A stretch of 64,000 nt of DNA from the IMG/VR virus record IMGVR_UViG_3300046706_000011, positions 1 to 64,000 of that record; one strand, given 5' to 3'. The stretch is from a virus. The notes beneath the pieces are model-generated. The model searched no databases. It saw only the letters and a list, made by a program, of their open reading frames with translations, and had not been told where the DNA came from. The position numbers and the translations under genes were made by a program. The stretch's first letter is position 1, and each line of letters begins with the position of its first letter. Positions 18,007 through 26,685 of the stretch are shown here, in pieces.

Positions 18007-18097
18007 GTTTCAACCCACGCACCCGTCGGGGTGCGACTGACGTGATGGGCACCTGGGAGGGGGCCGTTTCAACCCACGCGCCCGTGAAGGGCGCGAC
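18007..18097 (-). CRISPR. Orphan type I-C-like CRISPR mini-array: 2 repeats and one 28-nt spacer
   Basis: Minus strand GTCGCGCCCTTCACGGGCGCGTGGGTTGAAAC (18097-18066), spacer GGCCCCCTCCCAGGTGCCCATCACGTCA, then GTCGCACCCCGACGGGTGCGTGGGTTGAAAC (18037-18007); GTCGC...TTGAAAC hairpin repeats are the I-C signature. Confidence 0.88.
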
Positions 18098-18124
18098 TGT
18101 CTAGGGATGCCCCGCCCCGACCTG

Positions 18125-18445
18125 CTAGGCCGCGACCGGGACGAGGTCCCGGAGCCGTTCCAGCTTCGCCTCCACCGCCCCGGCGAAGTCGCGCTCGCCG
18201 TCCCGCCACCCGTGCACGCCCCGGTCCTCCAGCGCGCGTTCCGCCACCGCCTCAAGGTCCGTCGCCTTGTCCACCGAGTATTCGCCCTCAGCGACCGAGT
18301 ACCCGATCTCGTACCGAACGAAACGGCCCGTCCTGTGCGAGTACTCGACCAAGTCGAGCCTCAGCGTCACCCGGTTCATTACCATGTCCATCCGCAGTTC
18401 CGCGAAGAGTTCTTCTGTTCCAAGGAACGCGATTACGTCCGTCAT
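18125..18445 (-). CDS. Acidic hypothetical protein, first gene of the operon (Acr candidate)
   Basis: 106 aa, D/E-rich, AGGA RBS, between the promoter and the mini-array. Confidence 0.7.
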   Translation of the reverse strand: MTDVIAFLGTEELFAELRMDMVMNRVTLRLDLVEYSHRTGRFVRYEIGYSVAEGEYSVDKATDLEAVAERALEDRGVHGWRDGERDFAGAVEAKLERLRDLVPVAA

Positions 18446-18456
18446 TTTCCTGATTT

Positions 18457-18525
18457 CCTCATTGGTGCCGACCAATGAGGGAAGTGTACTTTTCATTGAA
18501 AACAAGGTCAAACGGAAAAACCGTT
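18457..18525 (-). promoter_or_regulatory. Sigma70-type promoter with adjacent operator and 5'-UTR hairpin
   Basis: TTGACC(18511-18506)-17nt-TACACT(18488-18483); AACGG-N5-CCGTT palindrome abutting the -35; CCTCATTGGT-N4-ACCAATGAGG hairpin at 18457-18480. Confidence 0.75.
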
Positions 18526-18833
18526 CGTTAACCATTTTTCCGCGACGCCCGGACGTTCGCCGGGCATTCGTCCGGCATTCGAGGCGCATCCCAGGGACCG
18601 GCGCGGCCATCGATCCCCTTGGCCACATAATCCGTTGCGTCCGCCCGCCCCCGGCGTATCCTCAGTCGCGCGGCTTCCCCTTCACCTTGGCTGCACCAAA
18701 GCTTCCCGGCGTCGGTCCCTCGGCGCCGGGGAGCCCCCCGCCAGGGCCGGCGGGTGCCGGACACGGAAAAGGCGGGACCCTTCGGCCCCGCCCCACATCC
18801 ACCGCACGCACCGCTCGTGGACGGTTTTCCCGT

Positions 18834-19379
18834 TCAGCCCGGCGGCCCGGCCCGCTCGATCCACAAAGGCACGTTGCAGCCGCGCCAGCCCGAGGCATCG
18901 ACCACGGACGCCCGGCCGCATCCCCGTAGCGCCGCGACCGGGTCGTTGTACCGCATCAGGCGAAGCCACACGGCGCCCGCCGCCGGGTCGGCCCCCAGGG
19001 CGTCCCGAAGGCCGTCGGCGACCGCCGCCGTCTCAACCGCGCCCGCGCGCCAGCCCATCGCGTACCCGGCCCCCGCCGACGCGGCCATCCCGGACACCAG
19101 CACGCCCGCCGCCGCCAGCGCCGACCGCCACGCCAGGCGGGACGTGCGCCGCTCGACCATGCCCTCGGCCGCCGCGCCGATGGCCCGCGCCGAGCGCTCG
19201 ACCAGCGCCGCCTCGCCCTCCGGCGTCAGCCCGCGCGCCCCCGCCGCGACCGCCGCCCGGGCCGCCTGCGCCGCGTCGTGGACCGCGAGGAGCACCGCGA
19301 ACAGGGGGCGGTCGTCCCGCACCCCCGCCTGCCGGCACATCTCCCGGAATCCGCCGTCCGGATCGCTCAGGGCAGCCAT
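18834..19379 (-). CDS. TraM/MobE-like membrane mobilisation protein
   Basis: DDRPLFAVL, one TM segment, third gene of the relaxase-divergent operon. Confidence 0.5.
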   Translation of the reverse strand: MAALSDPDGGFREMCRQAGVRDDRPLFAVLLAVHDAAQAARAAVAAGARGLTPEGEAALVERSARAIGAAAEGMVERRTSRLAWRSALAAAGVLVSGMAASAGAGYAMGWRAGAVETAAVADGLRDALGADPAAGAVWLRLMRYNDPVAALRGCGRASVVDASGWRGCNVPLWIERAGPPG

Positions 19380-20170
19380 CCCGAGATCCCCAGCGTCCGG
19401 ATGTTGCGATCCAGGTCATCGAGCCAGTCCTCGGCCATGAACGACTGGACCGGGTCAAGGGGGTCCGGACCCAGGCCCGACGCGGCGTCGTGGATGCTCA
19501 GCCCGTGCTCCCGGACCTCGTCCATGCAGGCCAGCCGGGTCAGCAGGAAGGACTTCGCGCCGGCCTCGACCATCGCGCGGAACCCACGGTCGTTCATCGT
19601 TCCCTCGAACGCCCCGGCAACGGTCCTGCCGTCACGGATCACGCCCTCGTTGAGGACCAGGAGCAGCCTCTTGGGATTGAAGTACCCGGCTTCCCAGATC
19701 GACACGCAGTGCCGAAGGTCCTCCGACTCCGGACCCAGGACGTAGATCGCCAAGGGCTCGATCCCGCGCCTGGAGCAGAACTCGACCAGCTTGAGGTCGC
19801 GCCCGTACTCCAGGAGCACCCGGTCGCCGCCGCCAAGGTCGAGCACCGCCGAGCGCTTCTCCTTCACCATCGCGTTCAGGACGGAGGACAGCCACGCCTT
19901 CACGTCGGGAAGTTCCTCGCTCGACGGCGAGACGGCATCCGGGAACAGGTCGGACAGCGTCCGCGACCGGGCATCGCCGTCCGCCACGATCACCGGGCGG
20001 CCCGCCGCCATGGCCCGCCACGCCAGCTCGGCCAGCAGCGTGGACTTGCCGCCGAACCCGCGCCCCAGGCCGACTGCCAGGACGGGCGCGGGGGACGGGA
20101 CCGTGGACTTCCCCGCCGCTTGGCCGCCGGAGGTCCCGGCCGCCGCTTCAAGGACATCGTTCTTCGCCAT
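19367..20170 (-). CDS. ParA/MinD-like P-loop ATPase (TraL/MobD/StbB-like)
   Basis: Deviant Walker A GRGFGGKST, ADGD, VLDLGG. Confidence 0.75.
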   Translation of the reverse strand: MAKNDVLEAAAGTSGGQAAGKSTVPSPAPVLAVGLGRGFGGKSTLLAELAWRAMAAGRPVIVADGDARSRTLSDLFPDAVSPSSEELPDVKAWLSSVLNAMVKEKRSAVLDLGGGDRVLLEYGRDLKLVEFCSRRGIEPLAIYVLGPESEDLRHCVSIWEAGYFNPKRLLLVLNEGVIRDGRTVAGAFEGTMNDRGFRAMVEAGAKSFLLTRLACMDEVREHGLSIHDAASGLGPDPLDPVQSFMAEDWLDDLDRNIRTLGISGWLP

Positions 20171-20183
20171 GCTAATTTTCCCC

Positions 20184-20636
20184 TTACTTCCTCGATGATC
20201 GTCTGTTCAGCTCGGCCCGCATCCGGGCCAGGGCGTCGTGGGCGGACTCACCCTCCGCCGAGGGCGCCGGCCGGTCCGGTTCCCGGGCGTCCGGGAGAGT
20301 GTCCAGCGAAGGCCCGACGAGCGAGGCATCGCCGCCCCGTTGAACCGAAGCCTTCCTCGCCTTCCTCGCCGCGCGCTTGGCGTGCTCCTTCTGAACCCGC
20401 CACCATGTCACCCGAAGCCGATCGCCGGACGGCGACTTGCCCTTGGTGTCCACGAGGCCGCCTTCCCGGAACTTCTCGGCCAGCATGTCCCAGTTCGGGC
20501 GGCGGTCCTCCACCAGCGCCGCGAACTCGTCATGATTGTCCAGGAACCATTGCGACACCGGGGAGCGCCTGGAACCCCCCTCGCGAAGGACCGACCGGAT
20601 CTTGCCAAGCACGTCGGGTTTGCCATTCTCCGTCAC
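20184..20636 (-). CDS. TraK/MobC/StbA-like accessory DNA-binding protein
   Basis: RRSPVSQWFLDNHDEF...PNWDMLA...TWWRV; position upstream of the ATPase and divergent from the relaxase. Confidence 0.55.
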   Translation of the reverse strand: MTENGKPDVLGKIRSVLREGGSRRSPVSQWFLDNHDEFAALVEDRRPNWDMLAEKFREGGLVDTKGKSPSGDRLRVTWWRVQKEHAKRAARKARKASVQRGGDASLVGPSLDTLPDAREPDRPAPSAEGESAHDALARMRAELNRRSSRK

Positions 20637-20694
20637 CGTCGCCCCCTTGTTTCATCGGGCATTTTCAATTCCTCGTCACTGGGTGAATCCTCGG

Positions 20695-21267
20695 TCATGG
20701 GGTTGTTAAATACGGCTGGTCGATCGCACCATTCAGGTTGGCACCCCTCAGGTCCGCGGCCCCCACGTCGGCCAGCCGCATCTTGGAGCCATCCAGCTTG
20801 GCGCCCCTCAGCTTGGCGCCCCCCAGGTTTGCGAGCGTCAGGTCGCACCCCCTTAGGTCGGAGAGCGTCAGGTTGGCGCCCGTCAGGTTTGCGTCCTTCA
20901 GATTGGCCATCCTCAGGTCAGCGCCCGTCAGGTCCGCACCGCCCAGGTTGACAAGCTGCAGGTTGGCACGCTGCAGGCAGGCGTCCGTCAGGTCCGCACG
21001 CCGAAGGTCCACGTTCATCAGGTCCGCGCCCTCAAGAACCGCATCCGTCAGGTCGGCACGCCGCAGGTCGGCGCTACACAGGTCGGCACACCTCAGGTCG
21101 GCCCGCCGAAGGTCCGCGCCCCTCAGCTTGGCCAGCCTCAGATTGGCACGCATCCCATACGGGTCGGCTGCCAGCCAGCGTGCGTGCCGGGCCAGGATGT
21201 CGGCCAGCGGCTCCCCATCATGCTTCACGCCAGTCATGCGCCGGATCATCCGGATCATTTCAGTCAC
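20695..21267 (-). CDS. Pentapeptide-repeat protein 3
   Basis: ILARHARWL N-cap followed by A(D/N)LxG repeats. Confidence 0.92.
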   Translation of the reverse strand: MTEMIRMIRRMTGVKHDGEPLADILARHARWLAADPYGMRANLRLAKLRGADLRRADLRCADLCSADLRRADLTDAVLEGADLMNVDLRRADLTDACLQRANLQLVNLGGADLTGADLRMANLKDANLTGANLTLSDLRGCDLTLANLGGAKLRGAKLDGSKMRLADVGAADLRGANLNGAIDQPYLTTP

Positions 21268-21280
21268 CTAAAATTCCTCC

Positions 21281-21682
21281 TCACGGGATGATGGAAGCCG
21301 GCGCGTCGATCGCGCCCTCCAGGTTGGCGCCCCTCAGGTCTGCCAACTCCAGCTTGGCGCCCATCAGGTTGACATACCGCAAGTCCGCACCCCTCAGGTC
21401 GGAACGCCGCAGGTCGGTGCCCCTCAGGTCGGAACGACGAAGGTCCGCACCCCTCAGGTTGGCCCGCTTCAGGTTGGAATTCCTCATGTCCGCGCCCCCC
21501 ATGGTGGCACACCACAGGTCTGCACCCGACAGGTCGGCGTCGCTCAGGTCCGCGCCGGACAGGTTGGCGCAGGGCAGGGCGGCACCCTTCAGGTTGGCAG
21601 ACCTCAGGTCGGCCCCCCTCAGGTTGGCCAGCGGCTCCCCTTTGTGCGTCATGCCGGCGATGGCTTCGGTCTTTTCGGTCAT
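21281..21682 (-). CDS. Pentapeptide-repeat protein 2
   Basis: MTEKTEAIAG...ANLRGADLRS repeats; GAGGAG RBS. Confidence 0.9.
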   Translation of the reverse strand: MTEKTEAIAGMTHKGEPLANLRGADLRSANLKGAALPCANLSGADLSDADLSGADLWCATMGGADMRNSNLKRANLRGADLRRSDLRGTDLRRSDLRGADLRYVNLMGAKLELADLRGANLEGAIDAPASIIP

Positions 21683-21696
21683 TTCCAACTCCTCGG

Positions 21697-22122
21697 TCAC
21701 GAGGTCGTGGAAGTCGGCGCGTCGATCGCGCCTTCCAGCTTGGCGCCCCTCAGGTCTGCGTCCGTCAGATTGGCCCGCCGCAGGTCGGCACCCCTCAGGT
21801 ACGCGCCCCCTAGGTCGGCCCCCGACAGGTCCGCTCCCGTCAGGTCCGCACCGCCCAGGTTGGCGTTCCTCATGTCGGCTCTCCGCAGGTCCGCGCCCCT
21901 CAGGTCGGCGTAGGGCAGGACTGCGCCCCTCAGGCCCGCCAACCTCAGATCCGCGCCGGACAGGTCTGCGTGGGGCAGGGCGGCGCCTCTCAGATCCGCC
22001 AGCCTCAGGTCGGCGCCGGACAGGTCGGCACGCCGGCCCTTCGGGTCGCCGGCTATCCAAAGTGCATGCCGGGCCAGGACCTCGGTGATCATCGGGTTCG
22101 TCCGGATGGCTGCGCTGGTCAT
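21697..22122 (-). CDS. Pentapeptide-repeat protein 1
   Basis: [10 protein letters not shown]-cap, [10 protein letters not shown] repeats; GGAG RBS. Confidence 0.92.
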   Translation of the reverse strand: MTSAAIRTNPMITEVLARHALWIAGDPKGRRADLSGADLRLADLRGAALPHADLSGADLRLAGLRGAVLPYADLRGADLRRADMRNANLGGADLTGADLSGADLGGAYLRGADLRRANLTDADLRGAKLEGAIDAPTSTTS

Positions 22123-22440
22123 GTCGTCGTCTCCGTCCGTTGCGTCTCATTGCTTCCTTGAAACAGACAATAACGCAGCCGTATCACGTCATCAACATAA
22201 AAAGACCATTGGTTAAAAATCCGTATCACATAATATATGCAAAGTTATGTATACGTTATTCGGAGTCAACACGCCGCACCCGGTCGATACACGCCCGTCG
22301 CGGTGCCGCTGCAATTCCGCCTCAACGGCATCTCGCTTCCGTATCGGCTCCGTACCGGTCCCGTATCGAAGACGCGGCCGAAGCAAGCCGAAGCGCAGGC
22401 CCAGGCCCCAGGCGACGACGCAAGCCCAAGGCCGAGCCGC

Positions 22441-22550
22441 CCTCGCGCGCACACGCGGTTATTATCATCATCTTCTTTTTATAGTTTATAGTTCGTTGCC
22501 TCAGCCGTTGGTACAGCCGTTGAACGGGTTTCGTTGTTTATCAACGGTTT
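22441..22550 (-). repeat. Origin-like element, copy B (non-coding, inverted relative to copy A)
   Basis: Reverse complement closely matches 4910-5009 and has two direct CAACGGCTG units. Confidence 0.85.
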
Positions 22551-22689
22551 AGCGCTCAAGAACCGATAATTTCCGTGACGATTTTCCGAGCGTTTTTCGA
22601 TGCGTTTCTTGATCGAAACGCCGGATCGGACAAGGCGGACCGGGGTTGGAGCGGGGGGGGTCGGGATGGGAAGCCGAGGTGTGGGAAAA

Positions 22690-22760
22690 AGGGGTAGAGG
22701 AGGGTAGGGAACAAGATAAAGCCCCCCTCGGCGGGGTGCCAAGCCCCTGCCGGGGCTCGC
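22690..22760 (-). promoter_or_regulatory. Candidate oriT (MOBP-type nic site)
   Basis: Minus strand TATCTTG/T at 22718-22711 fits the YATCYTG/Y IncP-type nic consensus; flanked by an imperfect GC hairpin, between divergent relaxase and traKLM-like operons. Confidence 0.55.
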
Positions 22761-22917
22761 GGTCCGGGCCTCGGCGGCGGGGCGGGGCGGGGGTTTTGCC
22801 GAGGCAATCCAGGGGTTGCCTGGATACCGGAAGTGGGCTACATTGTAGTTCGTTTTGAACGTCCCGCCGCCCCTTTCACCGACCATCCCACCGACCATCG
22901 CGAGGATCAGCGTCCCG

Positions 22918-24930
22918 ATGCCCATCAGCACGCTCCATGACCGGCGCCTCCAGGCCGAGCGGGACTTCCGGCTGCGGTTCGCGCGGGGCGGGGAGGCCTC
23001 GACCCGGGACGCGGGCCGGGGGCGGGTCCTGGGCGGAGGCTGGGGGACGGCGGGGGCGATCTCCCGGCCGGCACCGGTCGCGGCCACCGCAGCGCCGGCC
23101 ACCATAGCGCCGGCCCCTGTGCGCCGTGCCGGTCCGGGGGCTGGGCGGCCCGGGGGCGTCGGCCTGGACGCCGCGTCGGGGATCACGACGACGGGCCGGA
23201 CGACGCGGGGCGTCCTGCTCAAGCCCCCGGCGCCGTGGAAGCAGGCGGTGACGGTCAAGGCCTCGTACAAGGAACGCAAGGGGACCGGGGCGGAGACGGC
23301 GCGTCGGTTCCGGGCCGCGCTGTCGCGCCAGGGAAAGTACAACACGCGGGAGGACCGGGAGAGCGCGCGGGGCGGGACCGAGCCGGTCGAGGCGTTCACG
23401 GCGCGGGACGACGGCGTCGAGATCGGGGCCGCGACGGCGGCGTGGGTCGAGGACCGGCGGTACTGGAAGCTGATCGTGAGCCCCGAGCGCGGGCGTGACC
23501 TGCGGGACATGAAGGGCTACGTCCGCGACCTGATGGCCCAGGTCCAGCAGGACGTCCTGTATCCCTCCGAGCTTCGCCGGGGCCGGGAGGTCGAGTGGGT
23601 CGCGGCGGTCCATGACGACACGGACCATCCCCACGCGCACATCCTGATGCGCGGCCGGCTCGGCGACAAGGACCTCGGCCTGCGCCCGGACTACGTCGCG
23701 CACGGCATCCGGGCTCGGGCGGCGGAGGTCGCGACGCGGGAGCTTGGGCCGAGGACGGGCCTGGACGCGCCCGCGATGGGCGTCGAGGAACTTCGGGAGT
23801 TCGCGGCCCGGGACCCCGAGACGGGACCGGCGGCCGGGCTCGGCGCGATCCCCGAGGGCATCCCGCTCCCTGAGATGGACAGCCGGTTCCGCGCGGCCGG
23901 CTGGCGGGTCCGGGTCACGCTGGACACGGCCGCGCGGGACCGGGTCGCCGTGCTGCGCGAAGACCTGCGGGGAATGAAGGTGGGCGCGAAGATGAACCGG
24001 GAGACCGGCGAGCTGACGCTCTACGCGGGGACCTACATGGGCGCGCAACTGGTCGGCCGGATCGTCGGGAACGGGTACGCCGACATCGTCCGCCCCGCGG
24101 GGGCTGCGGCGAAGGCGCGCGGGCTGGAGATGGCGGACGGGGTGTGGGCGTCCTTCGAGGCGAAGGGCGACGACGACCGGTTCGGCCGCCTGGGCGCGGC
24201 CGGGGTCGTGTTCACGCGGGCCGACGAGCGGCGCATCCTGGAGCCCGGCGCGGACGTGGAGGCCGAGACCGACCGGGCGGTGTTCCGGGCGAACGAATGG
24301 CACAACCATTACCACCCGGAAAGCTTCCTGGGGGCGGGGGCGGCGGAGCGGGGGGACGGACAGCCCGAGGCGGGCTGGGTCCTCAGGGTCCACGCGGGCG
24401 AGGCCGCCGGGGACGTCGTGAAGCTCCTGGGCGTCGTTGACATGCAGTACCGGGTCGTGCCCGGCGGGTCCGTCGATGCGGACGGCCGCCCGGTCGATGC
24501 CGTGGTGGTCTACGCGGGACCCATGGACGCGGCGAACGAGATCGTGGACGCGCTGGAGATCGCGGTTGGGAACCGGCTGGAGAGCCCGGCCGGGGACGGG
24601 TCGGCGCATCGGTTCCTGGACGGGATCGACGGCCGGTACGTCCCGCACAGCATCGCGGAGGGTCAGTTCTCGGACCGCTGGGTCAACGGCGTCCCGCTGC
24701 TGAGCGGGTGGGAGGACTCGGTCGGGTTCCTCGGCGAGGATGCCGTCCTGGACGAAGCCGCCGGGATGCTCGCGGAAATGGACGGGGCGGCGTTCCACGG
24801 CGGGCACGACGACGGCGCCTCGGTCGGCCTGGACGACGCCGACCCCTCGGACCTTGGCCTGCCCGACCCGTGGGAACGGGCCGGCGGGGGAATTCATGAA
24901 ACCCATGCGTGGGAGGGACTGGAACTGTGA
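22918..24930 (+). CDS. Conjugative relaxase (MOBP, VirD2-like) with an unrecognised C-terminal domain; start uncertain (ORF opens at 22855)
   Basis: YWKLIVSPE (motif II), WVAAVHDDTDHPHAHILMRG (HUH motif III), candidate catalytic Tyr in GKYNTRE. Confidence 0.9.
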   Translation: MPISTLHDRRLQAERDFRLRFARGGEASTRDAGRGRVLGGGWGTAGAISRPAPVAATAAPATIAPAPVRRAGPGAGRPGGVGLDAASGITTTGRTTRGVLLKPPAPWKQAVTVKASYKERKGTGAETARRFRAALSRQGKYNTREDRESARGGTEPVEAFTARDDGVEIGAATAAWVEDRRYWKLIVSPERGRDLRDMKGYVRDLMAQVQQDVLYPSELRRGREVEWVAAVHDDTDHPHAHILMRGRLGDKDLGLRPDYVAHGIRARAAEVATRELGPRTGLDAPAMGVEELREFAARDPETGPAAGLGAIPEGIPLPEMDSRFRAAGWRVRVTLDTAARDRVAVLREDLRGMKVGAKMNRETGELTLYAGTYMGAQLVGRIVGNGYADIVRPAGAAAKARGLEMADGVWASFEAKGDDDRFGRLGAAGVVFTRADERRILEPGADVEAETDRAVFRANEWHNHYHPESFLGAGAAERGDGQPEAGWVLRVHAGEAAGDVVKLLGVVDMQYRVVPGGSVDADGRPVDAVVVYAGPMDAANEIVDALEIAVGNRLESPAGDGSAHRFLDGIDGRYVPHSIAEGQFSDRWVNGVPLLSGWEDSVGFLGEDAVLDEAAGMLAEMDGAAFHGGHDDGASVGLDDADPSDLGLPDPWERAGGGIHETHAWEGLEL

Positions 24931-25160
24931 ATTTCGATCCGTTCTTCGGCTACTCGGAAACGACGGCCTTCGCGGCGGCGGGCGGGGCGGTGGCCCTCCT
25001 GTTCGCGCTTCGGTTCGGCGTTCCCGGCCTTTACCGGTCGGTCGTTCGCCGAGCCCGGCGGCGGCGGCACCCGGAGCTTGACCCCGGCTCCCCGTGGGCG
25101 ACGCGGCGGGATCGGGAACGCTACGGCCTGCGCCCGGCGACGCGCTGGTGGAAGCCGTGA
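24927..25160 (+). CDS. Separate N-terminal membrane anchor of the coupling protein
   Basis: TM helix then GSPWAT..D...GL, like the GSARWAT motif after the TM region of TraG/VirD4. Confidence 0.6.
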   Translation: MNFDPFFGYSETTAFAAAGGAVALLFALRFGVPGLYRSVVRRARRRRHPELDPGSPWATRRDRERYGLRPATRWWKP

Positions 25161-26674
25161 GGCCGGGCGGCGGCATCGTGATCGGCGAGGACCCGGACGA
25201 CGGGGAGCTGCTGATCGACAAGAGCCAGGACCACGTCCTGGTCGAGGGGCCGAGCGGGACGGGCAAGACGACCTCGTTCTTCATCCCGACGCTGGCGCGG
25301 ACCTGGGTCGGCTCCGCCGTCGTCCACCTGCGGATGAAGGACCTGTACCTGATGCTCCAGGGGACCCGGAAATGGCGCCACAACCTGATCCTCGCGCCGT
25401 CCGAGCCGTGGTCGGTCCGCTACAATCCGTTCGCGGAGATCGGCACGGGGGCGGACGCCGTGACCGACTGCCAGAACATCGCGCACATGCTGCCCCACGG
25501 CGGGAAGATCAGCGCTCGGGACCCGATCTGGGACACGAACTCGGTCGGGTTGGTGTCGGCGATGATCCTGTTCCTGCTGAACTTCGCCGAGGACGACCGG
25601 AAGAACTTCTCCGGCCTGATCGAGCTTCACGAGCAGCGCATGGAGGGGGCGCAGCGGATGATGCGCAACCTGCATCCCGACCCGTGGGTGCGGAACTTCA
25701 TCGACTACGGCGCGCGCAAGATCTACCAGAACGAGAACGCGCGGTACGCGGACAGCATCGTGGCGACGATCGACGGCTACCTTGAGGCGTTCAACAACCC
25801 GATGGTCAGCGACATCACCCGCGAGAGCGAGTTCCGGATCGCCGACCTCGTGTGCGGGCCGCACCCGGTGGCGCTGTGGCTCTACCTTCCCCCCCACCAT
25901 AGCGACCGTCTGGCGCCGCTGGCCCGGATCGTCACGTCCCAGGTCCTCAAGAAACTGATGGCGGACGACCTCGCCTCGGGGGAACTCAACGTCGATGGGG
26001 TGCGCCGGGAATGGCCGATGCTGTTCTGCCTGGACGAGATGAACCGCATGGGGGTGTTGTCCGAGGTCGAGGGGGCCTACGCCGACATGCGGAACTCGGC
26101 GTGCCGGGTCATGGCCGGGACGCAGTCGATCCCGGTCCTGACCGACCCGAGGATGTACGGTCCCAACTCATTGATCGCGTCGCAGAGCAAGCGGGTGATC
26201 CTGAAACCCAAGGGCCTGGCCGAGGCGCGCAACGCCTCGGCGATGCTGCCGCTCGTGAAGAAGCGCCAGTACTCGGCGTCCGAGAACTTCGGCACGGTCG
26301 AGGAGCGCCGGGGCAGCGGCCTGACGGAAAGCTTGGCGGACCGTCCCCTGATGCGACCCGACGAGATCCTGGCGATGCCGGTCGAGAAGGTGATCGTCCC
26401 GGGGTTCGACAAGCCCTTGTTCGTCAACCGCCCGTCCTGGGGCCACTGGAAGGACCTGCTCGATCCGGTGCCGACGCGCTTGTGGCCCGACCTGCACGTA
26501 CCGTTCCTGCCGGTCCGGGCGGACGGGGCCTACCTGGACCTTCCGAAGCGGACGCTGGGGGCCAACCCGTGGCACGGGGTCCGGCATCCGGTCGAGGGGG
26601 AGCCGGTGACCGTGGACGTGGGCCTGGACGGCGGGGCCGAGACGGGCAGATCGCCCGAGCTTATTTCACTTTGA
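25157..26674 (+). CDS. traG: Type IV coupling protein TraG/VirD4 (cytoplasmic part)
   Basis: HVLVEGPSGTGKT Walker A, RYNPFAEI, CLDE Walker B, TQS, RPLMRPDEI. Confidence 0.9.
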   Translation: MRPGGGIVIGEDPDDGELLIDKSQDHVLVEGPSGTGKTTSFFIPTLARTWVGSAVVHLRMKDLYLMLQGTRKWRHNLILAPSEPWSVRYNPFAEIGTGADAVTDCQNIAHMLPHGGKISARDPIWDTNSVGLVSAMILFLLNFAEDDRKNFSGLIELHEQRMEGAQRMMRNLHPDPWVRNFIDYGARKIYQNENARYADSIVATIDGYLEAFNNPMVSDITRESEFRIADLVCGPHPVALWLYLPPHHSDRLAPLARIVTSQVLKKLMADDLASGELNVDGVRREWPMLFCLDEMNRMGVLSEVEGAYADMRNSACRVMAGTQSIPVLTDPRMYGPNSLIASQSKRVILKPKGLAEARNASAMLPLVKKRQYSASENFGTVEERRGSGLTESLADRPLMRPDEILAMPVEKVIVPGFDKPLFVNRPSWGHWKDLLDPVPTRLWPDLHVPFLPVRADGAYLDLPKRTLGANPWHGVRHPVEGEPVTVDVGLDGGAETGRSPELISL

Positions 26675-26685
26675 CGAGGTACGCG

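Noticed and set aside
8739-18097. TnpB plus mini-array as a type V CRISPR system
   Set aside because: They are 8 kb apart, the repeats are type I-C-like, and TnpB retains an omegaRNA-like 3' end.
19367-20170. ParA of a classical parABS partition system
   Set aside because: No ParB-like neighbour; the context (divergent from the relaxase, flanked by TraK- and TraM-like genes) fits a mobilisation/Stb ATPase better.
20695-22122. 15-bp periodic DNA repeats as a CRISPR array, VNTR or DGR template/variable repeat
   Set aside because: The periodicity is explained by pentapeptide codons; there are no unique spacers and no reverse transcriptase in the window.
22816-22830. Alternative nic site (minus strand GTATCCAGG)
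   Set aside because: Poorer fit to YATCYTG/Y than the 22711-22718 site; kept only as a fallback.
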